16,966 nucleotides of DNA from Fidelibacterota bacterium. GTDB taxonomy: Bacteria > Fidelibacterota > Marinisomatia > Marinisomatales > UBA2128. The stretch lies in assembly GCA_046861645.1 (NCBI GenBank), contig JBHHUM010000048.1:1-16966 (forward strand). Reading direction: 5' to 3'. Made by a program: the position numbers and the translations under genes. This document shows, one piece after another, positions 16,949 through 16,966 of this stretch. Below the pieces are notes generated by a model that saw nothing but the letters and a program-made list of their open reading frames with translations, did not search any database and was not told where the DNA came from. The first letter of the stretch is position 1. The number at the start of each line of letters is the position of its first letter.

Positions 16949-16966
16949 GCTTAGATGTTTGTGGAA

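Noticed and set aside
1453..16954. Short antisense or alternate-frame ORFs in the track (e.g. 1453-1836, 2271-2639, 4758-5132, 7837-8208, 11365-11724, 13119-13532, 16196-16474)
   Set aside because: They overlap well-supported genes and show no recognisable motifs; treated as shadow ORFs.
1..16966. CRISPR arrays, DGR/retron elements, IS elements, rRNA or tRNA
   Set aside because: I saw no regularly spaced nucleotide repeats, reverse transcriptase, integrase or transposase motifs, or RNA gene signatures by eye. A self-dotplot and an Infernal/Rfam scan would confirm.

Overview
A gene-dense ~17 kb bacterial window, probably from an FCB-superphylum lineage such as Marinimicrobia, KSB1 or Calditrichaeota. 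This placement is inferred from the T9SS-type-A/FlgD-like C-terminal domain, the exbB-exbD-exbD-tonB cluster, the Bacteroidota-like sdhCAB and sigma70-like promoters. Left to right it holds: a secreted repeat (beta-propeller-like) protein apparently cut off at a GC-rich junction near base 200; an outer-membrane barrel-like protein; a CtpA/S41 protease; exbB-exbD-exbD-tonB; a minus-strand sdhCAB operon; the 3' remnant of a different, Wolinella-type frdB; a low-GC two-gene cassette; a 4-TM hypothetical protein; a gamma-glutamyltransferase; and a convergent PuuD/C26 hydrolase. The cassette is the most interesting element. It pairs a six-bladed TolB-like lipoprotein with a secreted S8 protease behind a candidate promoter with a G9 tract in its spacer, and the protease gene is split by a 1-nt frameshift. 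Also notable are the apparent in-situ displacement of frdCAB by sdhCAB and a probable ATC start codon for exbD1. I recognised no rRNA, tRNA, CRISPR array or transposase. All family assignments come from motif recognition by eye, not from database searches.
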